DNA of 64,000 nt, from the IMG/VR virus record IMGVR_UViG_3300038673_000493, positions 1-64,000 of that record, one strand, 5' to 3'. A program made the translations under genes and the position numbers. The notes below the pieces were generated by a model, which saw only the letters and a program-made list of their open reading frames with translations, had not been told where the DNA came from and made no database searches. Below, in pieces: positions 1 through 6,606 of the stretch. This DNA comes from a virus (lineage: Duplodnaviria > Caudoviricetes). Within the stretch, counting starts at the first letter, position 1. Each line of letters starts with the position of its first letter.

Positions 1-2
1 AA

Positions 3-104
3 ATGAGAAAAGCAAATTTAGGTAAAACATTATCACAAACAACCCGAGATAAAATAGGAATGGCAGTAAGAAAGGCTTGTTTAGAAAGACACAAATTCCA
101 ATAA
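3..104 (+). CDS. C-terminal end of a probable homing endonuclease (NUMOD3-like tail), truncated by the window start
   Basis: Frame reads MRKANLGKTLSQTTRDKIGMAVRKACLERHKFQ*, resembling the NUMOD3 repeat (GKxxSxETKxKI). Confidence 0.45.
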   Translation: MRKANLGKTLSQTTRDKIGMAVRKACLERHKFQ

Positions 105-150
105 TATTGGAATAAATATAATTGTGTAGGAGAAAAAGAAAGGAATAATT

Positions 151-915
151 ATGGATGATAAAAAAGAAGCAATTATTTCCAAAATCATGAAGTTGATGGA
201 ATTAGGAAACGAGGAAAAAAACACTAATCCACATGAACGGGAGGCTGCTTCAAGAATGGCTGCTAAACTGATGGCAGATTACAGCATTGATTTTATTGAC
301 CTCAAAAACAATAAAATCAAAGATGATCCATTCGTAACTATCACAATTGATGGTTCGGCAGAGCAAAGAGTTGATTATGAAGGTTCTTTAGCTCATAATA
401 TTGCCAAAGCCTTTGATTGCAAGATGATAAATCAGACGGGTTACGATCATATATGGAGATTAATCTTCGTAGGATCAAAACATGATCTTGAAATAGCGAT
501 ATACTTCTTTAAATTTCTGCGGAGAACGCTCTATGCCATGAGTTCTATGAATGTGACTAGAGAATCACTTAAACAATCTAATCCCTATCTGGGACGCAAG
601 ATTACCGCAAAGTACATTGAAGAAGCCCGTCGAAATTATTGTTTTGGTCTTGTTCAAACAATTTCTGAACGATTGGAAGAACTTTACAAGAAGAAGGAAG
701 AATTTATTCCTGCTGATTGTAGGGATTTAGTCGTTGTCAGAAAAGATGATTTGGATAGATTCCTTAAGAGTCAATTTCCTAATCTCCGTAATCTGAAAGC
801 AACATCCTTGAAAGGGGATGTTGGAGCCTACAAGAAAGGTCTTGAAGATGGCAAAAATGTCAATCTGTCCAGACCGATTTCAAACACCGGAACATCTGCG
901 GCACAAATAGCATGA
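151..915 (+). CDS. DUF2786-domain protein
   Basis: N-terminus IISKIMKLMELG...HEREAASRMAAKLMADYSID matches the DUF2786 pattern; SD AAAGGA upstream. Confidence 0.75.
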   Translation: MDDKKEAIISKIMKLMELGNEEKNTNPHEREAASRMAAKLMADYSIDFIDLKNNKIKDDPFVTITIDGSAEQRVDYEGSLAHNIAKAFDCKMINQTGYDHIWRLIFVGSKHDLEIAIYFFKFLRRTLYAMSSMNVTRESLKQSNPYLGRKITAKYIEEARRNYCFGLVQTISERLEELYKKKEEFIPADCRDLVVVRKDDLDRFLKSQFPNLRNLKATSLKGDVGAYKKGLEDGKNVNLSRPISNTGTSAAQIA

Positions 916-916
916 T

Positions 917-983
917 GCAGAGGGGCGGAGTCAGAAATTCTTCTGACTTCGTGTAATGCACAATCTCCGTCCCAAGTCGGAGA
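917..983 (+). ncRNA. Twister ribozyme 1 (P5-type permutation); predicted cleavage U954/A955
   Basis: GCA-GAGGG-[P1 GCGGAGUCAGAA/UUCUGACUUCGU]-G-UAA-UGC-AC-AA-[P4 UCUCCG-UCCCAAGU-CGGAGA]; T1 GGG/CCC, T2 AC/GU. Confidence 0.88.
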
Positions 984-1010
984 AATAAAGAGAAAAGGAG
1001 AAAGAGAGAT

Positions 1011-1433
1011 ATGACAGACCTTACAAAAAAGGAAATATTGATGAATTTGAAAAGAATGCAATTCACCAGTCGGGAAATTGAAACGGCTTTAGAAAAATCT
1101 ATCGAGCATTGGAAAAAAGATATTCTAAACAGGTTGGAAAAAGATAAAATTGATCTCATGCAAAAGGATGATTCTCAATCTCTTTGTTGGAAATCCAATA
1201 ATGAAAGAGTCGTATGTTTTGCATCATGTTGCCCTTTATGTCAGTTGTTTCTTATTAAAACAATTGACGGAAATTGCATGCATTGCCCCTATACTTTATT
1301 TCATGATTATACTTGCAATTCCAACAGAAGTGGTTGGAGAAAATTTGTAAAAGATCCTTGCAAAGAAACTGCCAAACAGATGGTAAAAGAGTTGAAAGAT
1401 GCTTTGAAGTTTTGGAAAAAACTTATGGCATAA
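1011..1433 (+). CDS. Hypothetical Cys-rich protein; paralog of 28213..28641
   Basis: KSIEHWKKDIL, CCPLC and CMHCPY motifs are shared with the 28213 ORF. Confidence 0.7.
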   Translation: MTDLTKKEILMNLKRMQFTSREIETALEKSIEHWKKDILNRLEKDKIDLMQKDDSQSLCWKSNNERVVCFASCCPLCQLFLIKTIDGNCMHCPYTLFHDYTCNSNRSGWRKFVKDPCKETAKQMVKELKDALKFWKKLMA

Positions 1434-1435
1434 TT

Positions 1436-1494
1436 GCAGAGGGGGCGGAGTCAGAAACTCCGCTTAATGCACAATCACCGTCCCAAGTCGGTGA
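1436..1494 (+). ncRNA. Twister ribozyme 2; predicted cleavage U1465/A1466
   Basis: GCA-GAGGG-[GGCGGAGU/ACUCCGCU]-UAA-UGC-AC-AA-[UCACCG-UCCCAAGU-CGGUGA]. Confidence 0.93.
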
Positions 1495-1520
1495 AATAAA
1501 TAGAGAAAAGGAGAGAGAAA

Positions 1521-1703
1521 ATGCGATGCAATATGAGGGATTGTTATTTCAATAATACCCGAAATGAATGCAAATACAAAGAGTGGGCAGAAATGACAAA
1601 TGAACCTTTAAAAGAAATTATGTTGGATTCTAAAGGCACTTGTGTTTTCAGAAAATCAATGATGATTATTCCGGGTAAATCTGAACATTTTGTCAAAGAA
1701 TAA
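1521..1703 (+). CDS. Hypothetical small protein
   Basis: Strong SD AAAGGAG; lies exactly between ribozymes 2 and 3. Confidence 0.65.
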   Translation: MRCNMRDCYFNNTRNECKYKEWAEMTNEPLKEIMLDSKGTCVFRKSMMIIPGKSEHFVKE

Positions 1704-1704
1704 T

Positions 1705-1763
1705 GCAGAGAGGGCGGAATCTTCGATTCCGCTTAATGCACAATTCCAGTCTCAAGTCTGGAA
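1705..1763 (+). ncRNA. Twister ribozyme 3; predicted cleavage U1734/A1735
   Basis: GCA-GAGAG-[GGCGGAAUC/GAUUCCGCU]-UAA-UGC-AC-AA-[UUCCAG-UCUCAAGU-CUGGAA]; T1 covaries to GAG/CUC. Confidence 0.93.
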
Positions 1764-1821
1764 AATTTATAGAATAGAAAGGAGGAAAAGAGAGAATGAA
1801 AAAGTATGCTTTAGGAGGTGA

Positions 1822-2091
1822 TTGGTGGCTGATTTAATCACGGATAATTCAGATAAATCGGTAAGAATGTTAACCATAGCAGATTGTGAAAGTGCCCGAA
1901 AAATTTGTGAAGAAAAACTAGGAAAATTTCTTGTTGATGAAAGTGATCAGGAATTAGCCCAAGCAAAAATTGAAGCAGAAATTGCCATTTGGGATAGAAT
2001 CATGTTCCACTTAAATAACGGAGAAATTATCACAATCAATGACCAAAAACAAATTCATTGGGTACAATCAGAAATCAAAACAAAAAACTAG
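1822..2091 (+). CDS. Hypothetical protein (possibly frameshifted from an ATG at 1796)
   Basis: ORF track; SD AGGAGG before GTG 1825; see findings. Confidence 0.6.
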   Translation: MVADLITDNSDKSVRMLTIADCESARKICEEKLGKFLVDESDQELAQAKIEAEIAIWDRIMFHLNNGEIITINDQKQIHWVQSEIKTKN

Positions 2092-2153
2092 CAGAGAGAC
2101 AGGAAGTCAGAAATGACTTCCTGGTAATGCACATCTCGGTCTCAAGTCCGAGA
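2091..2153 (+). ncRNA. Twister ribozyme 4; predicted cleavage U2125/A2126
   Basis: GCA-GAGAG-A-[CAGGAAGUCA-GAAA-UGACUUCCUG]-G-UAA-UGC-AC-A-[UCUCGG-UCUCAAGU-CCGAGA]; the first G is the G of the upstream TAG stop. Confidence 0.92.
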
Positions 2154-2170
2154 AGAAAGGAGAAAGAGAG

Positions 2171-2593
2171 ATGGAAAAGAAAGTTGCCATATCAGTTCGT
2201 TTGAGAGGGACAAAATACAGGGAACCTGGCAGAGAAATTGAAGTGATTCACCGAGTTTTGCGATTTGAATCAATCGGAAATTTCAATCCAATTTTTTGCA
2301 CTTATCAAAATGAAAAATATTTAGTGCAATCATTGGAAGGAGATATTTCAGATCCTTTTCGCAGGAAAGAATCCTATCTAAATTCTTTGTATATTGAAAT
2401 TGCCTTTGTTTTCAAAAGAATCAAAAATGAACCTTATTGTATTTGTGCGGATGAAAAAGCTCTTGAGCAATATGCTTTAGGAGGTGGTTGGATAAGTCTT
2501 ACCGACTTCGTGCAAGATACAAAAGTTTATCCGGAAGAAATCATAGGCAAATGGTTCTATGTTGTTCACTCAAGAGTATTTGTTTTGGGGTAA
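2171..2593 (+). CDS. Hypothetical protein
   Basis: SD AAAGGAG; bounded by ribozymes 4 and 5. Confidence 0.7.
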   Translation: MEKKVAISVRLRGTKYREPGREIEVIHRVLRFESIGNFNPIFCTYQNEKYLVQSLEGDISDPFRRKESYLNSLYIEIAFVFKRIKNEPYCICADEKALEQYALGGGWISLTDFVQDTKVYPEEIIGKWFYVVHSRVFVLG

Positions 2594-2594
2594 T

Positions 2595-2659
2595 GCAGAG
2601 GGGGCGGAGTCAGAAATTCTGGTTCCGTCTAATGCACAATCACCGTCCCAAGTCGGTGA
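2595..2659 (+). ncRNA. Twister ribozyme 5; predicted cleavage U2630/A2631
   Basis: GCA-GAGGG-[GGCGGAGUCAGA/UCUGGUUCCGUC]-UAA-UGC-AC-AA-[UCACCG-UCCCAAGU-CGGUGA]. Confidence 0.93.
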
Positions 2660-2687
2660 AATAAAAAAGAAAAGGAGAAAGAGAAAT

Positions 2688-2930
2688 ATGTGGGTTATCA
2701 CGAATAATTTATTGGAACAAAATTTCGTTCACATTTGTTCAAAGGATTACAAGGAAAATTTTAAATTTAAATTAACCAAAAAATTTCGATTGCTTGATGG
2801 TGATGACAATATTTATTTTGAAGGATTATCGGATAATATAAACTTTGATCCTCTTGATGATTGGGGAATGCCCTTTTATGGATGTACAACAATTGAATAT
2901 TATGAAGATGATAAATGGGTTGTTCTGTAA
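2688..2930 (+). CDS. Hypothetical protein (start corrected to ATG 2688)
   Basis: The track start at 2559 runs through ribozyme 5; SD AAAGGAG precedes ATG 2688 (MWVITNN). Confidence 0.7.
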   Translation: MWVITNNLLEQNFVHICSKDYKENFKFKLTKKFRLLDGDDNIYFEGLSDNINFDPLDDWGMPFYGCTTIEYYEDDKWVVL

Positions 2931-2933
2931 CTT

Positions 2934-2996
2934 GCAGAAGGGCAGAAGCCAGAAATGGCTTCTGTTAATGCACATGTCAGGTCCTAAGTCCTGACA
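2934..2996 (+). ncRNA. Twister ribozyme 6; predicted cleavage U2966/A2967
   Basis: GCA-GAAGG-[GCAGAAGCCA-GAAA-UGGCUUCUGU]-UAA-UGC-AC-A-[UGUCAGG-UCCUAAGU-CCUGACA]; T1 covaries to AGG/CCU. Confidence 0.93.
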
Positions 2997-3023
2997 AATA
3001 AAATTTAAAGGAGAAAGAAAGAA

Positions 3024-3929
3024 ATGGAAAACACAGAAATGAACAAAGCAGTGGTAAATGAAATGGTAGAGTTGAATCCTGTGGAAAGAGCGGAGATCAG
3101 AAATCGGTATCCTGAAACGTATTTTCCTAATCCTGTCAAAGAGCCTATTTGGTATGGCAGAAGGGAGCATACAAGGATTGTTGAAAAGAATGCCATTATT
3201 GATCAGAATCTCCGTCCAGATCAGGAAAAGCCGACAGTTTTTGGAATTTGCAGTGACCATTACAAAGTTGTCTTTTATGAGGACATTGTGAAAATGGTTG
3301 AAGGTGTTGTTGACACAATCAAAGATTTCGGGGAAATCAAGATCAATCCGTACACTTATGCTGATGGTGGAAGATTGCGTATAAATCTGTCTTTCCCGGA
3401 AAAGAAAATCAATATCGTAAAAGGGGATAACATCATCCCGAAAATTGAAATCTTTTCCTCTTATGATTTGTCAACAATGCTGAAAGGACGCTTCGGGGCA
3501 TTTCAGTTGAAATGCACAAATGGAATGGGTGTTTGGAAAACATTCAAGAAATTTGCCAAACGTCACCTGCAAAATCTTCATCTGTCAGAATTGGAAGTTT
3601 CCATCATTGAAGGCATTGAAGTATTTGCACTTCAAGCAACAATGTGGAAAGAATGGGCTACTTTGAAGATTCCCCAGAAAGTCTATGAAGAAATCTGGAC
3701 CGATCTTCCTTTCAGTCCTACAGAAAAAGAGCGGATTGAAGCACTTCCCGAAATTGGCACGAAACTGCTTCTTCCGGATGCGTTGAAATCGAATGATTTG
3801 AATGTTTGGTCATTCAATTCTGTTCTGACCCAGTTTGCAACTCATGAGGTCAAAAGTGAACTTCGCAGGATTGAACTTGAACCAATCATTGCTCGTTCAA
3901 TGGAAAAACTCTACGATAGATTACACTAA
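3024..3929 (+). CDS. DUF932/DUF945-family phage protein
   Basis: YKVVFYEDIV and SYDLS...GAFQLKCTNGM motifs typical of the family. Confidence 0.75.
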   Translation: MENTEMNKAVVNEMVELNPVERAEIRNRYPETYFPNPVKEPIWYGRREHTRIVEKNAIIDQNLRPDQEKPTVFGICSDHYKVVFYEDIVKMVEGVVDTIKDFGEIKINPYTYADGGRLRINLSFPEKKINIVKGDNIIPKIEIFSSYDLSTMLKGRFGAFQLKCTNGMGVWKTFKKFAKRHLQNLHLSELEVSIIEGIEVFALQATMWKEWATLKIPQKVYEEIWTDLPFSPTEKERIEALPEIGTKLLLPDALKSNDLNVWSFNSVLTQFATHEVKSELRRIELEPIIARSMEKLYDRLH

Positions 3930-3931
3930 TT

Positions 3932-3989
3932 GCAGAGGGGGCGGAGCATTTGCTCCGTCTAATGCACAATTCCAGTCCCAAGTCTGGAA
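3932..3989 (+). ncRNA. Twister ribozyme 7; predicted cleavage U3960/A3961
   Basis: GCA-GAGGG-[GGCGGAGCA/UGCUCCGUC]-UAA-UGC-AC-AA-[UUCCAG-UCCCAAGU-CUGGAA]. Confidence 0.93.
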
Positions 3990-4015
3990 ATAAAACTGAA
4001 AGGAGAAAGAGAGAA

Positions 4016-4423
4016 ATGGTCATGAATATTGATGTAAAAACGGGCATTCATTATGGAGTAATTCATCATGCAAAAGTAGGACAGGCGTGGTATGATGAAT
4101 CAGATGCTTTGTTTCCAAACAAAGAAAATGGTGAAGATGATGATGATTTTGAACCTATAGGATTTTACATTGACAAAGATGGTTATGAAGCGTGTCAAGG
4201 TAATGATGATTGTGATATATTCATTACAAAATCACCGTTTTATACCATTTGTAAATTATGTTCCCCGTGTGCTCCGAATGCGGGCTACATAATGGATTCA
4301 GATCCTAAAGGATACAAAACGTATTGCTTTGGCCATGATTGGTTTGAAACAAATCAAGCACCTTATCCTGTTTATGATGTAAAAACGGGATTTCTTGTTC
4401 CGATCTTGGCAAAAGAAGATTAA
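4016..4423 (+). CDS. Hypothetical protein (CKLCSPCAP motif; start corrected to 4016)
   Basis: SD AAAGGAG before ATG 4016; the track start at 3950 lies inside ribozyme 7. Confidence 0.7.
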   Translation: MVMNIDVKTGIHYGVIHHAKVGQAWYDESDALFPNKENGEDDDDFEPIGFYIDKDGYEACQGNDDCDIFITKSPFYTICKLCSPCAPNAGYIMDSDPKGYKTYCFGHDWFETNQAPYPVYDVKTGFLVPILAKED

Positions 4424-4430
4424 CATTCTT

Positions 4431-4488
4431 GCAGAGGGCTCCATCAGAAATGATGGAGTAATGCACAGTCTCGGTCCCAAGTCCGAGA
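4431..4488 (+). ncRNA. Twister ribozyme 8; predicted cleavage U4459/A4460
   Basis: GCA-GAGGG-[CUCCAUCA-GAAA-UGAUGGAG]-UAA-UGC-AC-AG-[UCUCGG-UCCCAAGU-CCGAGA]. Confidence 0.93.
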
Positions 4489-4515
4489 AATAAAATCGAA
4501 AGGAGAAAGAGAGAT

Positions 4516-4812
4516 ATGAAAAAGTATTTGATTACCATCTTGGTAATTTTGCTCACAATTCCTACAATGGCAAATGCTTTTATTTGCGGAAACAATTTGG
4601 CCAGTGAAGGAATGAGTAAATACCAAATTTTAAGCAACTGTGGTTCTCCTGCTTTAAAAGAACGTGTTGGTGCAGACTATTCAAATAGTTCCTACCGTAT
4701 CATTGAGAAATGGCTTTATGTCGTCAATGAATATGGAAACCAACAAATGTATCTTATTGAATTTAATGGAGACGGAATTGCTGTCAAAATCGACTACATT
4801 GGAAAAAGATAA
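4516..4812 (+). CDS. DUF2845-family exported protein
   Basis: Signal peptide, then FICGNNLASEGMSKYQILSNCGSP...IEKWLY...YLIEF pattern. Confidence 0.7.
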   Translation: MKKYLITILVILLTIPTMANAFICGNNLASEGMSKYQILSNCGSPALKERVGADYSNSSYRIIEKWLYVVNEYGNQQMYLIEFNGDGIAVKIDYIGKR

Positions 4813-4813
4813 T

Positions 4814-4871
4814 GCAGAGAGCAGGAACAGAAATGTTCCTGTAATGCACAATCCCAGTCTCAAGTCTGGGA
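4814..4871 (+). ncRNA. Twister ribozyme 9; predicted cleavage U4842/A4843
   Basis: GCA-GAGAG-[CAGGAACA-GAAA-UGUUCCUG]-UAA-UGC-AC-AA-[UCCCAG-UCUCAAGU-CUGGGA]. Confidence 0.93.
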
Positions 4872-4897
4872 AATAAAGAGAAAAGGAGAAAGAAAGA

Positions 4898-5389
4898 ATG
4901 GCGGAAGAAGAATTTACTTTTGAAGGCAGGGAAATCACAGTACAATTCAACAACAAACCTTTTGAAGTCCGTTTAGAAAAATCAAGATACAAAAATGGAC
5001 AATTAGCAGTATTTGGAGTTAATCCTGATGATGATGAAATTTTTTGTGAATTGACCATTCATATTCCAGATTTAAAAAATCCTGGTAATAAAATTTATGT
5101 TTGGGATTGTATACTTCACAAAAATTTCATTGAAGCATTAAAAAATTCAGGATGGTTTAAAACAACAAGTGTTTCTTTTTATTCTGAAACAGTAATGGGG
5201 TTCACAGAAGTTTGGGAACCTACTGTTGAAAAACAGAATGCCCGAAAACAATGCTATTCAAAATGGAAATGTCCTCTATGTAAACATATCATAGAAGGCC
5301 TAACTTTTGTTGAAATAGCAATTATAGGGACACCTATATGCAAAAATTGTGATATGCCTATGGACTTTTCTGAAGAATACATTAAGTAA
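4898..5389 (+). CDS. Hypothetical protein, DUF4313-like N-terminus with C-terminal CxxC...CxxC zinc ribbon
   Basis: YKNGQLAV...FCELTIHI; CPLC and CKNC. Confidence 0.55.
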   Translation: MAEEEFTFEGREITVQFNNKPFEVRLEKSRYKNGQLAVFGVNPDDDEIFCELTIHIPDLKNPGNKIYVWDCILHKNFIEALKNSGWFKTTSVSFYSETVMGFTEVWEPTVEKQNARKQCYSKWKCPLCKHIIEGLTFVEIAIIGTPICKNCDMPMDFSEEYIK

Positions 5390-5398
5390 GGAGAATCC

Positions 5399-5548
5399 AT
5401 GAAATCTAAAGATGAAATCCGAAAAGTCAATTGTGTTTGTTTTCTTTGTACCAGAAGAAGCAAAAAATCCTTCAACGTAACAAAACAAAGATGGTGTAAA
5501 AAGTACAAATGTCCTTGTGGTTCAACCTCTTTTAGTTGGTTTGTTTAG
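5399..5548 (+). CDS. Small Cys-rich protein (49 aa, not in the ORF track)
   Basis: SD TAAGGAG; MKSKDEIRKVNCVCFLC...CKKYKCPCGSTSFSWFV*; its TAG overlaps ribozyme 10. Confidence 0.6.
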   Translation: MKSKDEIRKVNCVCFLCTRRSKKSFNVTKQRWCKKYKCPCGSTSFSWFV

Positions 5549-5605
5549 CAGAGGGGCAGGAATGAAAGTTCCTGCTAATGCACAATCCCAGTCCCAAGTC
5601 TGGGA
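5548..5605 (+). ncRNA. Twister ribozyme 10; predicted cleavage U5576/A5577
   Basis: GCA-GAGGG-[GCAGGAAU-GAAA-GUUCCUGC]-UAA-UGC-AC-AA-[UCCCAG-UCCCAAGU-CUGGGA]. Confidence 0.93.
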
Positions 5606-5632
5606 AATAAAATGAAAGGAGAAAGGGAGATT

Positions 5633-6094
5633 ATGTCAGAAGAAATCAAAGAAGAAAGTTATATGGTGGAAAAAAGTAAAATTTTGGAGGCTGCTAAAAA
5701 ATGCGCCACAACAAAGGCGGCTTTGAAAATTTTATTCCCAGAAGCATTTAAAGGAATTTACTACAGATCGGGAGATTTATTTGCCGTTACTGATAAACAA
5801 GCTTTGAATACAAGGTTGACAATCAGTAAATATTTCAAGGATGAAGAAGGTATTCTTGAAATAGGCACAAGAGTTCATTTAGGAACAGTCCGAATTGCTG
5901 TGAATCATTGTGTGGTGCTAATTCATGATGGAGGACAATATCAATACCGACTTGTTCATTTGGCTACAGGTTATGCTTTTAATAATAAAAGTTATAAAAG
6001 AACTGATGAAGGTATTGAAATTCCGTCCGAAGATTTATCAGGATTGGTGCTTTGTTTTGAAGGACTTTCAAAACCCAAAACAACACCAGTTTAA
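5633..6094 (+). CDS. Hypothetical protein
   Basis: SD before ATG 5633; its stop abuts the hammerhead. Confidence 0.7.
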   Translation: MSEEIKEESYMVEKSKILEAAKKCATTKAALKILFPEAFKGIYYRSGDLFAVTDKQALNTRLTISKYFKDEEGILEIGTRVHLGTVRIAVNHCVVLIHDGGQYQYRLVHLATGYAFNNKSYKRTDEGIEIPSEDLSGLVLCFEGLSKPKTTPV

Positions 6095-6095
6095 A

Positions 6096-6160
6096 ATCGA
6101 AACCGGCAGAAATGCCGGTCTAAACAAGATGGCAACTTGTTTACTGAAGATGATAAGCCA
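6096..6160 (+). ncRNA. Type II hammerhead ribozyme; predicted cleavage after GUC at C6120
   Basis: AUC-GAAA-[III CCGGCA-GAAA-UGCCGG]-UC^-[I UAAACAAG-AUGGCAA-CUUGUUUA]-CUGAAGA-U-GAU-AA-GCCA. Stem II is AUC/GAU; loop I UGGC can pair with the 3' GCCA as a pseudoknot. Confidence 0.8.
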
Positions 6161-6187
6161 AAATAATTTGAAAGGAGAAAGAAAGAA

Positions 6188-6346
6188 ATGAAAGTACCAA
6201 AAGGAATGAAAGAAGTAAAAGAAAATTCGGTTTTTGGAGAATGTGAGGACAGAAAAGGTTCCGGAGAATTTGAAGAATTTGAAAAAAGGAATAATTTGAA
6301 AGATTCGGAATTTCTTTTTGCTGAAATCGCAAAAAAAAGGAACTGA
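6188..6346 (+). CDS. Small hypothetical protein (52 aa, not in the ORF track)
   Basis: SD AAAGGAG after the hammerhead; MKVPKGMKEVKENSVFGECEDRK...KKRN*. Confidence 0.55.
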   Translation: MKVPKGMKEVKENSVFGECEDRKGSGEFEEFEKRNNLKDSEFLFAEIAKKRN

Positions 6347-6521
6347 TAAAAGCCTTCGTTTTATCGGGAATTTATCAAATCCGATCAACATTATGGGGGT
6401 ATTGGAATTTTTATATTCCTTACATCCAGAAATTTTTCTATCATTCGTAGCATCTCATACCAGAGACTTAACAGAGGTTGTAAATTCAATGATGGAAAAT
6501 TCTTCAAAAGAACCACATTAA
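6318..6521 (+). CDS. Hypothetical protein (start uncertain)
   Basis: ORF track; its TAA abuts ribozyme 11. Confidence 0.45.
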   Translation: MLKSQKKGTDKSLRFIGNLSNPINIMGVLEFLYSLHPEIFLSFVASHTRDLTEVVNSMMENSSKEPH

Positions 6522-6524
6522 TTT

Positions 6525-6581
6525 GCAGAGGGCTCCGACATTAAGTCGGAGTAATGCACAATCTCGGTCCCAAGTCCGAGA
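6525..6581 (+). ncRNA. Twister ribozyme 11; predicted cleavage U6552/A6553
   Basis: GCA-GAGGG-[CUCCGAC-AUUAA-GUCGGAG]-UAA-UGC-AC-AA-[UCUCGG-UCCCAAGU-CCGAGA]. Confidence 0.93.
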
Positions 6582-6606
6582 AATAGAGAGAGAAAGGAGA
6601 GAGAAA

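Noticed and set aside
3950-4015. ORF-track starts at 2559, 3950 and 6523, and minus-strand ORFs such as 828..1061, 4298..4480 and 6541..6777
   Set aside because: They read through ribozyme sequence or are antisense shadows; SD-supported starts are 2688, 4016 and 6607.
955-6551. P1-type twister topology spanning each ORF (3' half of one repeat pairing with the 5' half of the next) as the primary fold
   Set aside because: T1 covariation matches within the local copy in 11 of 11 cases but fails across ORFs at several junctions (for example copy 2 CCC versus copy 3 GAG).
917-6581. CRISPR array interpretation of the intergenic repeats
   Set aside because: The repeats vary in sequence with compensatory pairing, the intervening segments are whole genes of about 200-950 bp, and no cas genes are present.
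917-6581. Integron attC cassette array
   Set aside because: No RYYYAAC/GTTRRRY ends and no integrase in the window; the conserved bases match the twister core instead.
917-6581. P1 hairpins as intrinsic terminators
   Set aside because: No U-tract follows them; they are followed by the invariant UAAUGCAC.
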